Shown: positions 26,401 through 38,624 of the stretch, in pieces
Position numbering within the stretch: the stretch's first letter is position 1
Layout of the letters: every line of letters begins with the position of its first letter
NCBI RefSeq assembly: GCF_963921235.1
Contig: NC_086108.1
Span: forward strand, 47,308,001 to 47,372,000
Direction of reading: 5' to 3'
From: Mobula hypostoma
Lineage: Eukaryota
Length of the DNA: 64,000 nt
Notes under the pieces: model-generated
Database searches by the model: none
What the model was told of the DNA's origin: nothing
The model's input: only the letters and a program-made list of their open reading frames with translations
Made by a program: the position numbers and the translations under genes

Positions 26401-27914
26401 ACTGCCAGAATCCTCTCTGTGATGCATTGTCAAAACATCCCATTTGCTGCAAGTATTTGTTTGGTGATGTAGGAGCAGACTGCTTAAGGGCTGAAAACCG
26501 TGGTGCTTGTCTGCTGGAGAGAGGTTTGACATTAAAAGGTGGTGCTGTTCCACACCACTATATGTAAATAAGGTATTGTTTAGCATTTTAAATAGGATTG
26601 TAATTTTTTAAATACTGCCATCACAATGGAAAAGACAACTTCATAACTGGTGGACATTAAACACGATGCTACGTTTCAACAATGTATTTTCATCTGTATT
26701 CCTTTAATTCTCCTTAATGGAAATTGTCAGGCTGAAAAACTGAGTGACATAATCACTTGACAACAGCCCTCTTACAATTTGCCTTCAGCCTAGAGATAAA
26801 GAAGTCCTGTGGCTTATTCCAACATAAGCAAATACTACCATCGTTTGCTCCAGCACAAGTAATGTTTTATGTAGAGAAGCAACAGAATAACAAAATTTGC
26901 CACTACAACTAGATCTCACCATCACGTTTAAAGTCAAATGCCATCTCCCAACTATAGACAATATGGGTTAGAAGTTACTAATAGTTTGTTGATGAGGACT
27001 CAATGGCTGTACTAATGGGAATGGAGGTTGTGAGCCCCATGTTGGCAAACTGGCATTTCCAAAGCATGAGCATTTTTGCTTCACCTGATGGAATGGTTTT
27101 GCAAATACTGAAGGTCATTGGAAAATCCCCCCAGTAAATCTAATTCAGAGACAGAGTTCATTCAAAAAGGGAAATGAAGGGAAGGAAACAAAAAGGGAAC
27201 TGAGCACCCACACCCGCACACCCACAGGACTGTGTAGATTACAATAATTTACAAGACTCAAGGTAATCTACTTACACATGAATAAACTTAATTTAGATTT
27301 AGAAGTTGTTTCAAATTTAATTCCTCACATTTTGCCCTTCCTGTAAGATGATCAGTGACAAAAAAAATCTCTGACCGCACTCTGTATCAAATTGTGAATA
27401 TAAAGAAGGCATTTAGGATTTTATTTGGAAAAAAAGAAGAGAACAGAGAAAACCTTCAAATGAGTGCCCAAACCAGTCCCTGGCAGCCAGTGTAAAAATG
27501 CAGGCAGCAATGCTGTGACTAATTGTGGGACATCAACCAATAATGAGGAAGTGAAAGTAAGTCTTTGTAATAGAGAGGAAATGGGGGTCAGAAACATAGC
27601 TTGGGGGTTAAGATGGAACGCTAAAGTTGCAAATGGTTCCATTCAGACTGAGAATGGAGAGAGTGAATTTTCCAGACTGGGTTCAAGGGTTTTGGTTTAA
27701 ACACTGCCAACATTTAACAGGATGTTCAACACTCAACCAGAAACAAAGGAAGTTATTGAGAGAGATAATGAGGATAGAGAGCTTCCAAAACCACTGCATC
27801 AGAAATGATCTAAGTATCATACAATTCAGATGATTATACAATCGATCTTTTGGTGTACATTCTCATTTTCAAATAACATTATTAATTTTACATATATGCA
27901 TTAGCAAACTTGTC

Positions 27915-28878
27915 ACATTTCAGGACAGGCTCCCAAGTAATCACGTTGTCAAGTTCGCCAATGATATGACAGTGTTGGGGCCCAGCACCAACAATGATGA
28001 CAGACTACAGAGAGAGCTGGAAGAGCTCAAGGCCTGGTGCCAAGCAAATAACCTCTTCCTCTGTGTTAACAAGACAAAATGAGATGGTTATCAACTTCAG
28101 GAGAATTTGCTGCACTCACACCCCTCTTTACTTTGGTGGCTCAGCCGTGGAAACTGCAAGCAGTTTCAATCTCTTGGGAGCACCATCTCGCACAAACTCT
28201 CATGATCCCAGAACACATCCTACATAATCAGGAAAGCTCACCCATGCCTCTACGTTCTGAGGAGGCTGAGGAGAGCTGGACTATACACATCTATACTCAC
28301 ATTCTTCTATAGATGTGCAGTGGAGAGTATCCTAACATGCTGCGTCACTGCACGGTACAGAAACTGCACCTGCAGCGGACAGGAAGGCTCTGCAATGGGT
28401 AGTCAAAACTGTCCAATACATCACCGGCACCAGCCTATCCACCATCAAGAACATTTATACTGAAAGGTACCAGAAAATAACCAGTAACATCATGAATGAT
28501 CCCACCCACCCTGTCCCACTCCCATCAGGGAGGAGGACGCACAGCATCCACACCAGGACCACCAGACCCAAAAACAATTACTGTCCCCAAGCAGTAAGGC
28601 TGATCAACTCCTCCACCTATGAACGGGCTCCTCCACATCCCCCACCACTACTACTTTATTATTTCCTGTCAGAGTCCTCTTATTTACAGGCATGCCTGTG
28701 CCTGCATTGCTTTATGGACATACAATCAATCTATTTATATAAGCTATCTTATGTATTTATATTTATTGTGTTTCTTAATTATTGTGATCCTTATCCTATT
28801 GTGTTTTTTAATGCTGCATCGCATATGAAGTAACAATCATTTCCTTCTCCTTTACACATGTGTATTGCAAATGACATT
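27915..28878 (+). mobile_element. Rex/Babar-like LINE RT 3' fragment
   Basis: Degenerate VKFAND, EMVINFRR, FYRCAVESILT, PLPSGRR motifs; (tcttgaa)n tail. Confidence 0.75.
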
Positions 28879-29259
28879 AAAGCTTTTTGAATCTTGAATA
28901 TACGGTAGTGGTCACAGTAGTTAAAGACTAATTACTCGTCAGTGACTAATATTGAACAGAAATAGGTATCAAAGTTTCAAGAGCGTGTGAAGTGGAAGTT
29001 ACCTCTTACTGACAATAGAACAAAATTAATCATAGTTCTTGCTTGGTAATAACATTATAAGAATTGTATTTAGAGTCAGAAAATACGGCCAAGGAGAAGA
29101 CTGGCCTCAAGTTCGTGAGTATACGACAAAGGCCTCTTATTGACAAAGATGGACTTGGAGGAAATCAATTGCAGGATGAATGGAGTAATGGAAAAAGGAA
29201 TTCCTTTTCTTTATCAAGTTGGCAACAGCCACAGTAATAGAGGAGAAAACAGTAATTGA

Positions 29260-30910
29260 GCTTCTATTGTGTCTGTTTAGTCGCTGAGGCAAAAATTACA
29301 ACTTGACTATTTAAGATGATACCGGTAAACCACGGTGATCTTCAGCAGGCTATGTACAAAACTTCTAAATATACGTCCTTTGAATTACTCTCACTGCAAT
29401 CTGCAGTGTGTAATTTCTCATGAAGCAACATACCTTTGAACCTACTTAATGCACTAGAGATTTCACGATCTTCTGAAGGACAGGGTGGACTTAACTCTGA
29501 AGCAAGCAGGTACGGCACCTTTAGATGGATGAAGGTTCATCACCATGGCCAGAAGAGAGACAGGGGTGGACTCCAAGCCAGGCTGAAATGCAGAGGAGTG
29601 AGACCCCCCTCTACCCAGCATCTTGTTAGCAAATGGTGCTACGGGCAAAGGTGCTATATTCCAGGGAAATGAAGAATTGTTCTGTTCTGTGCATTACTCA
29701 GAGTACACCAGATATGGTGATCAGACTCAAAGCGTTCATCATACACAGGTTGCACCAAGCTGCTGATTTGGAAAAGGCAAAAGGTGGCGGTCAGTGTTTC
29801 ATGATAAACTCTCTGTGGTGCTCTGATGTGGCAGTTCTGTCATACTCGTGTTCCCCTGACTTTGAACCGCTAACAATCAAATACTGGCCATTCTATTTAC
29901 CAAGACAGTTCTCCTCGATGATCCTGACTGCAGAATACATATCATCGGCATCCGACTCTAATCAAGAGCTTGGGATACTGCATGATGCTGTCACAAAATA
30001 CGAATAGTCCACCCCAGTGCATTCCATATCACTGTCAGAGATTTCAACAAGGTTTGTTTGAAGAAATCCCTGCCCAATTACCAGCAGCATATAACCTGTA
30101 GCACCAGAGGTCCCAAGAAATTATATATAGGCATCCATTAGTCTCGTGAGACCATGGATTTGCGCCTTGGAAGGTTTCCAGTGCGCAGGCCTGGGCGAGG
30201 TTGAATGGAAGACCGGCAGTTGCCTATGCTGCAAGTCTCCCCTCTTCACACCACCGATGCTGTCCAAGGGAAGGGTATTAGGATCCATACAGCTTGGCAC
30301 TGGTGTCATCGCAGAGCAATGTGTGGTTAAGTGCCTTGCTGAAGGACACAACACGCTGCCTCAGCTGAGGCTCAAATTAGCAACCTTCAGATCACTAGAT
30401 GAATGCCTTAACCACTTGGTCACGCGCCAACATCAAAAAATTACACCACTGATTATGCTAAGATAAGGAATGTCTATCGTTCCATGCCCAGACCCCATTT
30501 TGGGAAATCTGATCATTTGCTGTCCTTCTCCGACCTGCATACAGGCAGAGGCTAAATGGCAAGGCTCCAGTGATGAGGACAACAAAGAGGTGGGCGTGTG
30601 AGGCAGAGGAACGGCTATGGGATTGCTTTGAGTCAGTAGCCTGGGCTATATGCAAGGATTCACCAGTGGGTCTGAATGAATACACCACGGTTGTCACAGA
30701 CTTTATATAAAAAAAAGTCATAGACAAGTGTGTCCCCACAAATTTATTCAGAGTCTTCCCCAACCAAAAGCCCTGGATGAACCATGAGATCTGCAATCTG
30801 CTGCGGGCCAAATCTAAGACATTCAGGTCTGGCAACCAAGAAAGTCACAAGAGTGCCAGGTACGATCTCCGGAAAGCCATCTCATGGGTGAAGTGGCTAT
30901 TCTGGACTAA
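29260..30910 (+). mobile_element. Rex/Babar-like LINE 5' part (APE endonuclease), decayed
   Basis: KGGGQCFMINSLWCS...SCSPDFEPLTIKYWPFYLPRQFS, HFGKSDH, RVFPNQKPWMN motifs. Confidence 0.8.
30125..30432 (-). mobile_element. tRNA-derived SINE inserted into the Rex/Babar copy
   Basis: Head tggcgcgtgaccaagtggttaaggc; core gtgtccttcagcaaggcacttaacc; host LINE resumes on both sides. Confidence 0.7.
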
Positions 30911-31266
30911 AAAGAAAGAGAAAAAAAGAAATAATAATAATAATAATAATAATAAGCAATAAATATCGAGAACATGAGATGAAGGGTCCTTGAAAATGAG
31001 TTCATTTCAGTTGGAACAGTTCAGTGATGGGGGGAGTGATGTTATCCCTTCTGGTTCAAGAGCCTGATGGCTGAGGGGTAATAACTGTTCCTGAATCTGG
31101 TGATATGGGTCCTGAGGCTCCTGTACCTTCTTCCTGATGACAGCCGCAAGAAAGGAGCATGATCTGGATGGTGGGGGTCCCTGATGATGGATGCTGCTTT
31201 CCTGAAACAGAAAATATGCTCATGGTTTTACCTGTGATGGCCTGGACCGTATCCACTACTTTTCAC

Positions 31267-31618
31267 ATGTCAGCTAATTTCATTGTGATAGTACTTAACT
31301 CCATTCATTCCATCGTAGTATTTGTCGAGACTTGGACACAGTAACACTTCGCTGCCTGCATTCTGCCTTGCCTGAGAAATTGGACTGTTGAGCCAACTGA
31401 CTCTGAAGACTAGCAGTATTCGTTTATTCTTAGTTATTCTTTTCAGCCACAGTGTAGGCTTCGTTTTCCATTTGAGAGTTTTAGTTAACGGCCCTGTCTG
31501 GCCGAGAGTTTATTGTTTTCTTTTCCTTTTAACTCTATTTGCATTAAAGTCTGTGAACTATCGACCTGCTTCAGTGTCTCTCACTCCGCACTTGGGCCAT
31601 ATCCGAACCTGGTGACAT
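31267..31618 (+). mobile_element. LTR fragment (3' part)
   Basis: attaaa signal, ends ...gaacctggtgaca; lies between two oppositely oriented Rex/Babar fragments; no TSD seen. Confidence 0.45.
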
Positions 31619-32204
31619 CTTCTCATTACTACCATCAGGGAGGAGGTACAGGAGTCTGAAGACCCACACTCAACATTTTAGGAACAGCTTTTTCCCTTCT
31701 GCTATCATAATCCTGAATTGTCTATGATTCCACAAATACTACCTCACTATTCCTCTTTAATTAAAATTATTTATGTATTTATTTATTGTATTTATAATAA
31801 TATTTTATGTCTTGCGTTGAATTGATGCCACAAACCAAAGGTGAAAATAAACGATTCCGATTCCGATGTAATCTCTAAGTTCATTATGCAGTCACAGTGG
31901 ACTGAAAGAGGATAAACCAGCTGAAAAGATGAAGCAAGTGCTAACAATGCTCAACTATAACGATATATAGTTACCGGATAAAAAGAAAACTCCAAGGAAT
32001 TAAATTAATCCAAAGCAGAGTTTGTTTTAATTGGACTAATGATGGTCAATCTCTGGTAAATGAAAGTCAAAAATCCTGCAGATGGTGAAAATAAAGAACT
32101 GAACATGCTGGAAATACTCGGCAGGTCAAGCAGCATCCATGGAAAGAGAAACAATCATTGAGGCAAGTCTATGTGCCTTTGCTCTGAAGAAACATTGTTT
32201 CTAA

Positions 32205-33385
32205 AGCAACACACACACAATATGCTGGAGGAACTCAGCAGGTCAGGCAGCATCTATGTTTTGGACTGAGACCCTTCTTCAGGACTGTAAAGGAAGGGGG
32301 AGATGTCAGAATTAAAAGGTGGGGGAGAGGGGAAGGAGGCTAGCTGGCAGGTGATAGGGGAAGTCAGGTGGGTGGGAAAGATAAAGGGCTGGAGAAGAAG
32401 GAATCTGATACGAGAGGAGAGTGGACCATAGGAGAAACAGAAGGAGGAGGGGACCCAGGGGGGAGCAATAAGCAGGTGAGAAGAGGTAAAAGGCCAGAGT
32501 GGGAAACAGAAGAGGGGGGGAATTTTTTTTACTGGAAGAAGTCGATATTCATATCATCAACTTGGAGGCTACCCAGATGGAATATAAGGCATTTCTCCTC
32601 CACCCTGAGGGTGGCCTCATCTTGGCACAAGAGGGGACCATGGGCTACATGTCAGAACAGCAACGGGAACTGGAATTAAAATGTTTGGCCACTGGGAAGT
32701 TTGGCTTTTGGCAGATGGAGCAGAGGTGTTCGATGAAGTGGTCTGCCAATTTTCAACAGGTCTCACCAGTGTAGAGAAGGCTGCATCAAGAGCACTGGAC
32801 ACAATAGACGACCCCAGCAGATTCACAGCTGAAGTGTTGCCTCACCTGGAAGGACTCTTTCGAGATAGGGGTGAGGAAGGAGGTGTAGGGGCAGTTGTGT
32901 CACTTGGGACCGCTTGCACGGGTAAGTGCCAGGAGGGAGATTAGTGGGGAAGGACAAATGGACAAGGGAATCAGGGAGGGAGTGATCCCTGAGTAAAGTG
33001 AGGGGGGGTAGATAAAGATATGTTTAGTGGTAGGATCCCTTGGAGATGGCGGAAGTTGTAGAGGTTGATGTGTTGAATGTGGAGGCTGATGGCGTGGTAA
33101 GTGAGGGCAACAGGAACTTCATCACTATTCAGATGGCAGGAAGATGGAGTGAGTGTGGATGTTCAGGAAGTGGAAAAGATACAGGTGAGAGCAGCATTAG
33201 TAGTGGAGGGAGGGAAACCCCGTTCTTTGAAGAAAGAGAAAAAAAATTAGCTTTGAAGAAATATCTCTAAAGTCCTTGAATGGAGAAAATGTCCCGGGAA
33301 CAGGTGCGGCAGAGGCGAAGGAGTTGAGAAAAAGGAATAGATTTTTACAGGAGATAGGGTGGAAAGAGAAATGGTAGAACGAAGG
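32205..33385 (-). mobile_element. Penelope-like element, 3' part: GIY-YIG endonuclease and terminal repeat
   Basis: Reverse frame FQVRQHFSCESAGVVYCVQCS*CSLLYTGETC*KLADHFIEHL...PVAKHFNS; hammerhead remnant CTGAAGA-agggtctcagtcc-aaaac near 32257-32286. Confidence 0.85.
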
Positions 33386-33780
33386 AACACAAACCAATCC
33401 TCATAGAGGGATCAGAAGTGGAGAGAGTGAGCAGTTTCAAGTGTCTTGGTGTCAATATCTCTGAATAATCTGGTCACAACATATTGATGCAGCTATAAAG
33501 AAGGCAAGACAGCAGCTATATTTCATTGGGAGTTTGAGGAGATTCAGTTTATCACCTAAAGCTCAGAAACTTCTACAGATGTACCATGGAGAGCATTCTG
33601 TCTGGCTGCATCACCGTCTGGTATTGGTAGGGGGGTGGGGGTTTTACTGCACGCTTGAAGTAAGTTACCGTAAATTGTAAAGTTAGTCAGCTCCTTCATG
33701 GGCTTACCTCTGTAGTACCCAAGACACCTTCAAGGAGTGGTGCCTCGGAAAAGCAGCGTCCATCATTAACGACCCCCACA
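33385..33780 (+). mobile_element. Rex/Babar-like RT fragment nested in the Penelope element
   Basis: EVERVSSFKCLGVNISE, KKARQQLYF, NFYRCTMESILSGCITVWY. Confidence 0.75.
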
Positions 33781-33931
33781 CAAGAAAGAACAACATCCCG
33801 CTCATTGGCTAACATGCCCCGTTATCCCTAGTCATAACCCAAACATTGCTGCTACAGGGAAACCATTACCTCAGCAGTGGAACATTACAGAGAAGCCATT
33901 GCATCAGCAGTGAAACCTTATAGCATGTTAC

Positions 33932-34654
33932 ATCAAGATAACCATGGTAATTGGTAAGTTTATAAAAGATGTTGGATGACAGTTTGTCTCCAGAGATGGA
34001 GACAGAGATATCAAGAAAGAGGAGGGAGGTGTCAGAGATGGACCAAGTGAATTTAAGGGCAGGGTGAAAGTTAGAGGTAAAGTTGATTAAATTGACGAGC
34101 TCAGCACAGGTGGTTGAAAAAGCACCAACACATTTGGCAATGTAGCAGAGAAAGAGTTGGGGAGTATTGCTGGGGAAGGCTTGGAACATGGACTGTTTTA
34201 TGTAGTCAATGAAGAGGCAGGCATAGCCAGGCCTATGGCTACCCCTCGAGTTTGGAGAAAAATAGAAAACCGACAGCACAATACAGGCCTTTCGGCCCAC
34301 AAAGCCGTGCTGAACATGTCCTTACCATAGAAGCATAGAACCATAGAAACTACAGCACAGAAACAACCTAGAACTACCTAGGCTTACCCATAGCCCTCTA
34401 TTTTTCTAAGCTCCATGTAGTGGGAGGAGCCGAAGGAAAAACTTTTGAGGGTGAGAACCAGTTGTGCCAGACAGAGGAGAGTGGTGGTGAAGGGGAATTG
34501 GTTGATTCTTTTGTCAAGAAAGACTCTGTTGATGGCTTTGCTGATGGGGGATGGAAGTGCATAGGGACTGAACATCCGTGGTGAAGATATGGTGGTCAGG
34601 GCTAGGGAGCTGAAAGTTACTGAGGAGATCGAGGGCTTGAGAAGTGCCATAGAT
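33932..34654 (-). mobile_element. Penelope-like RT fragment, interrupted by CR1 3' ends at about 34261-34419
   Basis: GYACLFIDYIKQSMF...QLFLCYI...NFHPALKFTWSISDTSLLFLDISVSISGDKLSSNIFYK and FTTDVQSLCTSIPH motifs of Penelope RT. Confidence 0.85.
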
Positions 34655-37600
34655 AGAAACATAGAAACATAGAAAATAGGTGCAGGAGTAGGCCATTCGG
34701 CCCTTTGAGCCTGCACCGCCATTTATTATGATCATGGCTGATCATCCAACTCAGAACCCCGCCCCAGCCTTCCCTCCATACCCCCTGACCCCCGTAGCCA
34801 CAAGGGCCATATCTAACTCCCTCTTAAATATAGCCAATGAACTGGCCTCAACAGTTTCCTGTGGCAGAGAATTCCACAGATTCACCACTCTCTGTGTGAA
34901 GAAGTTTTTCCTAATCTCGGTCCTAAAAGGCTTCCCCTTTATCCTCAAGCTGTGACCCCTCGTTCTGGACCTCCCCAACATCGGGAACAATTTTCCTGCA
35001 TCTAGCCTGTCCAATCCCTTTAGGATCTTATACGTTTCAATCAGATCCCCCCTCAATCTTCTAAATTCCAACGAGTAAAAGCCCAATTCATCCAGTCTTT
35101 CTTCATATGAAAGTCCTGCCATCCCAGGAATCAATCTGGTGAACCTTCTTTGTACTCCCTCTATGGCAAAGATGTCTTTCCTCAGATTAGGGGACCAAAA
35201 CTGCACACAATACTCCAGGTGTGGTCTCACCAAGGCCTTGTACAACTGCAGTAGTACCTCCCTGCTCCTGTACTCGAATCCTCTCGCTATAAATGCCAGC
35301 ATACCATTCGCCTTTTTCACCGCCTGCTGTACCTGCATGCCCACTTTCAATGACTGGTGTATAATGACACCCAGGTCTCGTTGCACCTCCCCTTTTCCTA
35401 ATCGGCCACCATTCAGATAATAATCTGTTTTCCTATTTTTGCCACCAAAGTGGATAACTTCACATTTATCCACATTAAATTGCATCTGCCATGAATTTGC
35501 CCACTCACCCAACCTATCCAAGTCACCCTGCATCCTCTTAGCATCCTCCTCACAGCTAACACTGCCACCCAGCTTCGTGTGATCCGCAAACTTGGAGATG
35601 CTGCATTTAACTCCCTCATCCAAGTCATTAATATATATTGTAAACAACTGGGGTCCCAGCACTGAGCCTTGCGGTACCCCACTAGTCACCGCCTGCCATT
35701 CTGAAAAGGTTCCGTTTATTCCCACTCTTTGCTTCCTGTCTGCTAACCAATTCTCCACCCACACTAATACCTTACCCCCAATACCGTGTGCTTTAAGTTT
35801 GCACACTAATCTCCTGTGTGGGACCTTGTCAAAAGCCTTTTGAAAATCCAAATATACCACATCCACTGGTTCTCCCCTATCCACTCTACTAGTTACATCC
35901 TCAAAAAATTCTATGAGATTCGTCAGACATGATTTTCCTTTCACAAATCCATGCTGACTTTGTCCGATCATTTCACCGCTTTCCAAATGTGCTGTTATCA
36001 CATCCTTGATAACTGACTCCAGCAGTTTCCCCACCACCGACGTTAGGCTAACCGGTCTATAATTCCCCGGTTTCTCTCTCCCACCTTTTTTAAAAAGTGG
36101 GGTTACATTAGCCACCCTCCAATCCTCAGGAACTAGTCCAGAATCTAACGAGTTTTGAAAAATTATCACTAATGCATCCACTATTTCTTGGGCTACTTCT
36201 TTAAGCACTCTAGGATGCAGACCATCTGGCCCTGGGGATTTATCTGCCTTCAATCCCTTCAATTTACCTAACACCACTTCCCTACTAACATGTATTTCGC
36301 TCAGTTCCTCCATCTCACTGGACCCTCTGTGCCTTACTATTTCTGGAAGATTATTTATGTCCTCCTTAGTGAAGACAGAACCAAAGTAATTATTCAATTG
36401 GTCTGCCATGTCCTTGCTCCCCATAATCAATTCACCTGTTTCTGTCTGTAGGGGACCTACATTTGTCTTTACCAGTCTTTTCCTTTTTACATATCTATAA
36501 AAGCTTTTACAGTCCGTTTTTATGTTCCCTGCCAGTTTTCTCTCATAATCTTTTTTCCCCTTCCTAATTAAGCCCTTTGTCCTCCTCTGCTGAACTCTGA
36601 ATTTTTCCCAGTCCTCAGATGAGCTGGCTAATTTGTATGCTTCTTCTTTGGAATTGATACTATCCCTAATTTCTCTTGTCAGCCACGGGTGCACTACCTT
36701 CCTTGATTTATTCTTTTGCCAAACTGGGATGAACAATTGTTGTAGTTCATCCATGCAACCTTTAAATGCTTGCCATTGCATATCCACCGTCAATCCTTTA
36801 AGTGTCATTTGCCAGTCTATCTTAGCTAATTCACGTCTCATACCTTCAAAGTTACCCCTCTTTAAGTTCAGAACCTTTGTTTCTGAATTAACTATGTCAC
36901 TCTCCATCTTAATGAAGAATTCCACCATATTATGGTCACTCTTACCCAAGGGGCCTCTCACGACAAGATCGCTAATTAACCCTTCCTCATTGCTCAGAAC
37001 CCAGTCCAGAATAGCCTGCTCTCTAGCTGGTTCCTCGACATGTTGGTTCAAAAAACCATCCCGCATACATTCCAAGAAATCCTCTTCCTCAGCACCTTTA
37101 TCAATTTGGTTCACCCAGTCTACATGTAGATTGAAGTCACCCATTATAACTGCTGTTCCTTTATTGCACACATTTCTAATTTCCTGTTTAATACTATCTC
37201 CGACCTCACTACTACTGTTAGGTGGCCTGTACACAACTCCCACCAGCGTCTTCTGCCCCTTGGTGTTACGCAGCTCTACCCATATCGATTCCACATCTTC
37301 CCAGCTTATGTCCTTCCTTTCTATTGCATTAATCTCTTCTTTAACCAGCAACGCCACCCCACCTCCCCTTCCTTCATGTCTATCCCTCCTGAATATTGAA
37401 TATCCCTGAACGTTGAGCTCCCATCCCTGGTCACCCTGGAGCCATGTCTCTGTGATCCCAACTATATCATAATCATTAATAACAATCTGCACTTTCAATT
37501 CATCCACCTTATTACGAATGCTCCTTGCATTGACACATAAAGCCTTCAGGCGCTCTTTTACAACTCTTTTAGCCCTTTTTAATGCTTGCCCTGGATTTGT

Positions 37601-37796
37601 CGGCCTGCCACTTTTACTTTTCTCCTTTGTACTTTTTGCTTCTACCCTCACTTTACACCCCTCTGTCTCTCTGCACTGGTTCCCATCCCTCTGTTGTGAA
37701 CTAACCTCCTCACACCTAGCCTCTTTAATTTGATTCCCACCCCCCAACCATTCTAGTTTAAAGTCACCTCAGTAGCCCCCGCTAATCTCCCTGCCA
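34655..37796 (-). mobile_element. Young CR1 LINE, 5'-truncated within ORF1
   Basis: (tttctatg)n 8-bp tail, 3' UTR, full ORF2, and the last ~14 codons of ORF1 (AGRLAGATEVTLN*); Penelope host resumes at 37797. Confidence 0.95.
34751..37762 (-). CDS. CR1 ORF2: APE endonuclease plus reverse transcriptase; open, no AUG start, RT motif FADD changed to FADH
   Basis: About 1000 stop-free codons with NARSIRNK, GITETW, VVYRPP, MGDFN, SDH, NYRPVSLTS, YLDFQKAFD, GVPQGSVLGP, KFADHTKL. Confidence 0.93.
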   Translation of the reverse strand, partial: FKLEWLGGGNQIKEARCEEVSSQQRDGNQCRETEGCKVRVEAKSTKEKSKSGRPTNPGQALKRAKRVVKERLKALCVNARSIRNKVDELKVQIVINDYDIVGITETWLQGDQGWELNVQGYSIFRRDRHEGRGGGVALLVKEEINAIERKDISWEDVESIWVELRNTKGQKTLVGVVYRPPNSSSEVGDSIKQEIRNVCNKGTAVIMGDFNLHVDWVNQIDKGAEEEDFLECMRDGFLNQHVEEPAREQAILDWVLSNEEGLISDLVVRGPLGKSDHNMVEFFIKMESDIVNSETKVLNLKRGNFEGMRRELAKIDWQMTLKGLTVDMQWQAFKGCMDELQQLFIPVWQKNKSRKVVHPWLTREIRDSINSKEEAYKLASSSEDWEKFRVQQRRTKGLIRKGKKDYERKLAGNIKTDCKSFYRYVKRKRLVKTNVGPLQTETGELIMGSKDMADQLNNYFGSVFTKEDINNLPEIVRHRGSSEMEELSEIHVSREVVLGKLKGLKADKSPGPDGLHPRVLKEVAQEIVDALVIIFQNSLDSGLVPEDWRVANVTPLFKKGGREKPGNYRPVSLTSVVGKLLESVIKDVITAHLESGEMIGQSQHGFVKGKSCLTNLIEFFEDVTSRVDRGEPVDVVYLDFQKAFDKVPHRRLVCKLKAHGIGGKVLVWVENWLADRKQRVGINGTFSEWQAVTSGVPQGSVLGPQLFTIYINDLDEGVKCSISKFADHTKLGGSVSCEEDAKRMQGDLDRLGEWANSWQMQFNVDKCEVIHFGGKNRKTDYYLNGGRLGKGEVQRDLGVIIHQSLKVGMQVQQAVKKANGMLAFIARGFEYRSREVLLQLYKALVRPHLEYCVQFWSPNLRKDIFAIEGVQRRFTRLIPGMAGLSYEERLDELGFYSLEFRRLRGDLIETYKILKGLDRLDAGKLFPMLGRSRTRGHSLRIKGKPFRTEIRKNFFTQRVVNLWNSLPQETVEASSLAIFKRELDMALVATGVRGYGGKAGAGF

Positions 37797-37955
37797 TGTA
37801 GGGGGAAGGGACTAAACTAAGGGGGTTAGAATGGAATCGAAGTATGAGGACATGACTTCAGTGGGACAGAAGCAAGTAGAGACAATAAGCCTATCCGGAC
37901 AGTGCAGTTGTGGATCTTGGGTCGGAGGTAGAAGTGCGCAGTACAGGGTTTCTAT
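37797..37955 (-). mobile_element. Penelope-like RT upstream fragment (continuation of 33932-34654)
   Basis: Removing the CR1 joins gaagtgccatagat to gtagggggaagggact; reverse frame contains FYLRPKIHN...RLIVSTC. Confidence 0.75.
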
Positions 37956-38069
37956 ATCCAGAGATGTTGCAGCAATCCTCAGCACCTTTGTAACTCACTA
38001 GCTATTAGCAGTAAAATAATTGAGAAAACCCGAGCAAATGCAGACATCAGTAAATGCAGGTTCTACACT

Positions 38070-38624
<555 letters not shown>

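Noticed and set aside
33898..33906. Perfect ATF4/C-EBP composite site TGATGCAAT (also near 50694), attractive because NIBAN1 is stress-inducible in mammals
   Set aside because: Both copies lie in transposon-derived sequence, and a 9-mer is not unexpected in 64 kb.
36633..37409. 258-aa plus-strand ORF
   Set aside because: Antisense shadow of the CR1 ORF2, Ser/Leu-rich, no recognisable domain.
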